This document shows, piece by piece, positions 31,578-32,000 of a stretch of 32,000 nucleotides of DNA. Source of the stretch: Candidatus Methylomirabilis limnetica (GTDB taxonomy: Bacteria > Methylomirabilota > Methylomirabilia > Methylomirabilales > Methylomirabilaceae). The notes under the pieces were generated by a model. That model was given only the letters and a program-made list of their open reading frames with translations. It was not told the origin of the DNA and ran no database searches. The stretch spans positions 90,001-122,000 of the forward strand of contig NZ_NVQC01000023.1 of assembly GCF_003044035.1 (NCBI RefSeq), written 5' to 3'. A program made the position numbers and the translations under genes. The stretch's first letter is position 1. Each line of letters begins with the position of its first letter.

Positions 31578-32000
31578 CTAAAACCGCTTGGAAGCAACAC
31601 GCAACCAGGCAAGTCCGGTAAGAGAGAGGGCGATCAAGCCGAGGCTCATAACCTGCGCCGCGCGTAAGGGCCCCAGCATCAGACTGTCGATGCGGAGCCC
31701 TTCGACGAAGAATCGGCCGATAGAGTACAACCCCACGTAACAGAGCAGCAGCGCGCCAGGGGTCCGCTCTAGCCGCCGGCAAAGCACGAGGTAGAGAATC
31801 GCGAAGACCAGGAGGTTCCACAACGATTCGTACAGGAACGTCGGATGGAAATACTCGAAGGCGGCCAGATCGGGCGGCCGGTGGTACGGCTCGATGTAAA
31901 GCTTCCACGGCAGATCGGTCGGGATCCCAAAGGCCTCCTGATTGAAAAAGTTTCCCCACCGACCAATCGCCTGCCCGAGCGGAAGCGAAGTGGCCATGAT
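31578..32000 (-). CDS. lgt: Prolipoprotein diacylglyceryl transferase (C-terminal part; N-terminus lies outside the window)
   Basis: It contains the Lgt signature GQAIGRWGNFFNQEAFG plus the downstream TM segments. The reading frame stays open to the window edge. Confidence 0.9.
   Translation of the reverse strand: MMATSLPLGQAIGRWGNFFNQEAFGIPTDLPWKLYIEPYHRPPDLAAFEYFHPTFLYESLWNLLVFAILYLVLCRRLERTPGALLLCYVGLYSIGRFFVEGLRIDSLMLGPLRAAQVMSLGLIALSLTGLAWLRVASKRF

Overview
This is a 32-kb stretch of a moderately GC-rich bacterial chromosome, roughly 55-60% GC by eye. The lineage cannot be assigned from sequence alone. I count about 26 credible genes, nearly all on the minus strand and mostly housekeeping. 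They are a K+-independent H+-pyrophosphatase, purF, an aminotransferase, argS, a phosphohexomutase, a rhodanese, two alpha/beta hydrolases, an HpnD-like squalene/phytoene-synthase-family enzyme, a DUF3105 protein, a PpsR-like regulator, a GNAT, a hotdog thioesterase, an APC permease followed by two TrkA/RCK genes, gpsA and a partial lgt. Two things stand out. (1) An accessory island of about 8.1 kb (about 7227-15339), visibly less GC-rich, lies immediately 3' of argS. It is bracketed by ~200-bp direct repeats of the argS 3' end: a frameshifted orphan copy at 7024-7226 and the functional copy at 15340-15540. All on the minus strand, it carries vapBC, an uncharacterised 808-aa protein, a decayed Rhs/YD-repeat fragment and a Type III mod-res pair. 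No integrase is present. The 808-aa protein has a NERD/PD-(D/E)xK-like nuclease core and a C-terminal SEC-C zinc motif, and it sits between the toxin-antitoxin module and the R-M pair. It is my best candidate for an undescribed defence component. (2) Almost every intergenic gap is filled by one of at least four families of structured MITE/REP-like repeats. These repeats are modular (nested or fused), sometimes supply stop codons, and in one case flank a two-gene block in inverted orientation. Also notable: argS encodes an otherwise intact ArgRS in which the class-I HIGH signature is replaced by VVVS. I saw no rRNA, tRNA or CRISPR array.
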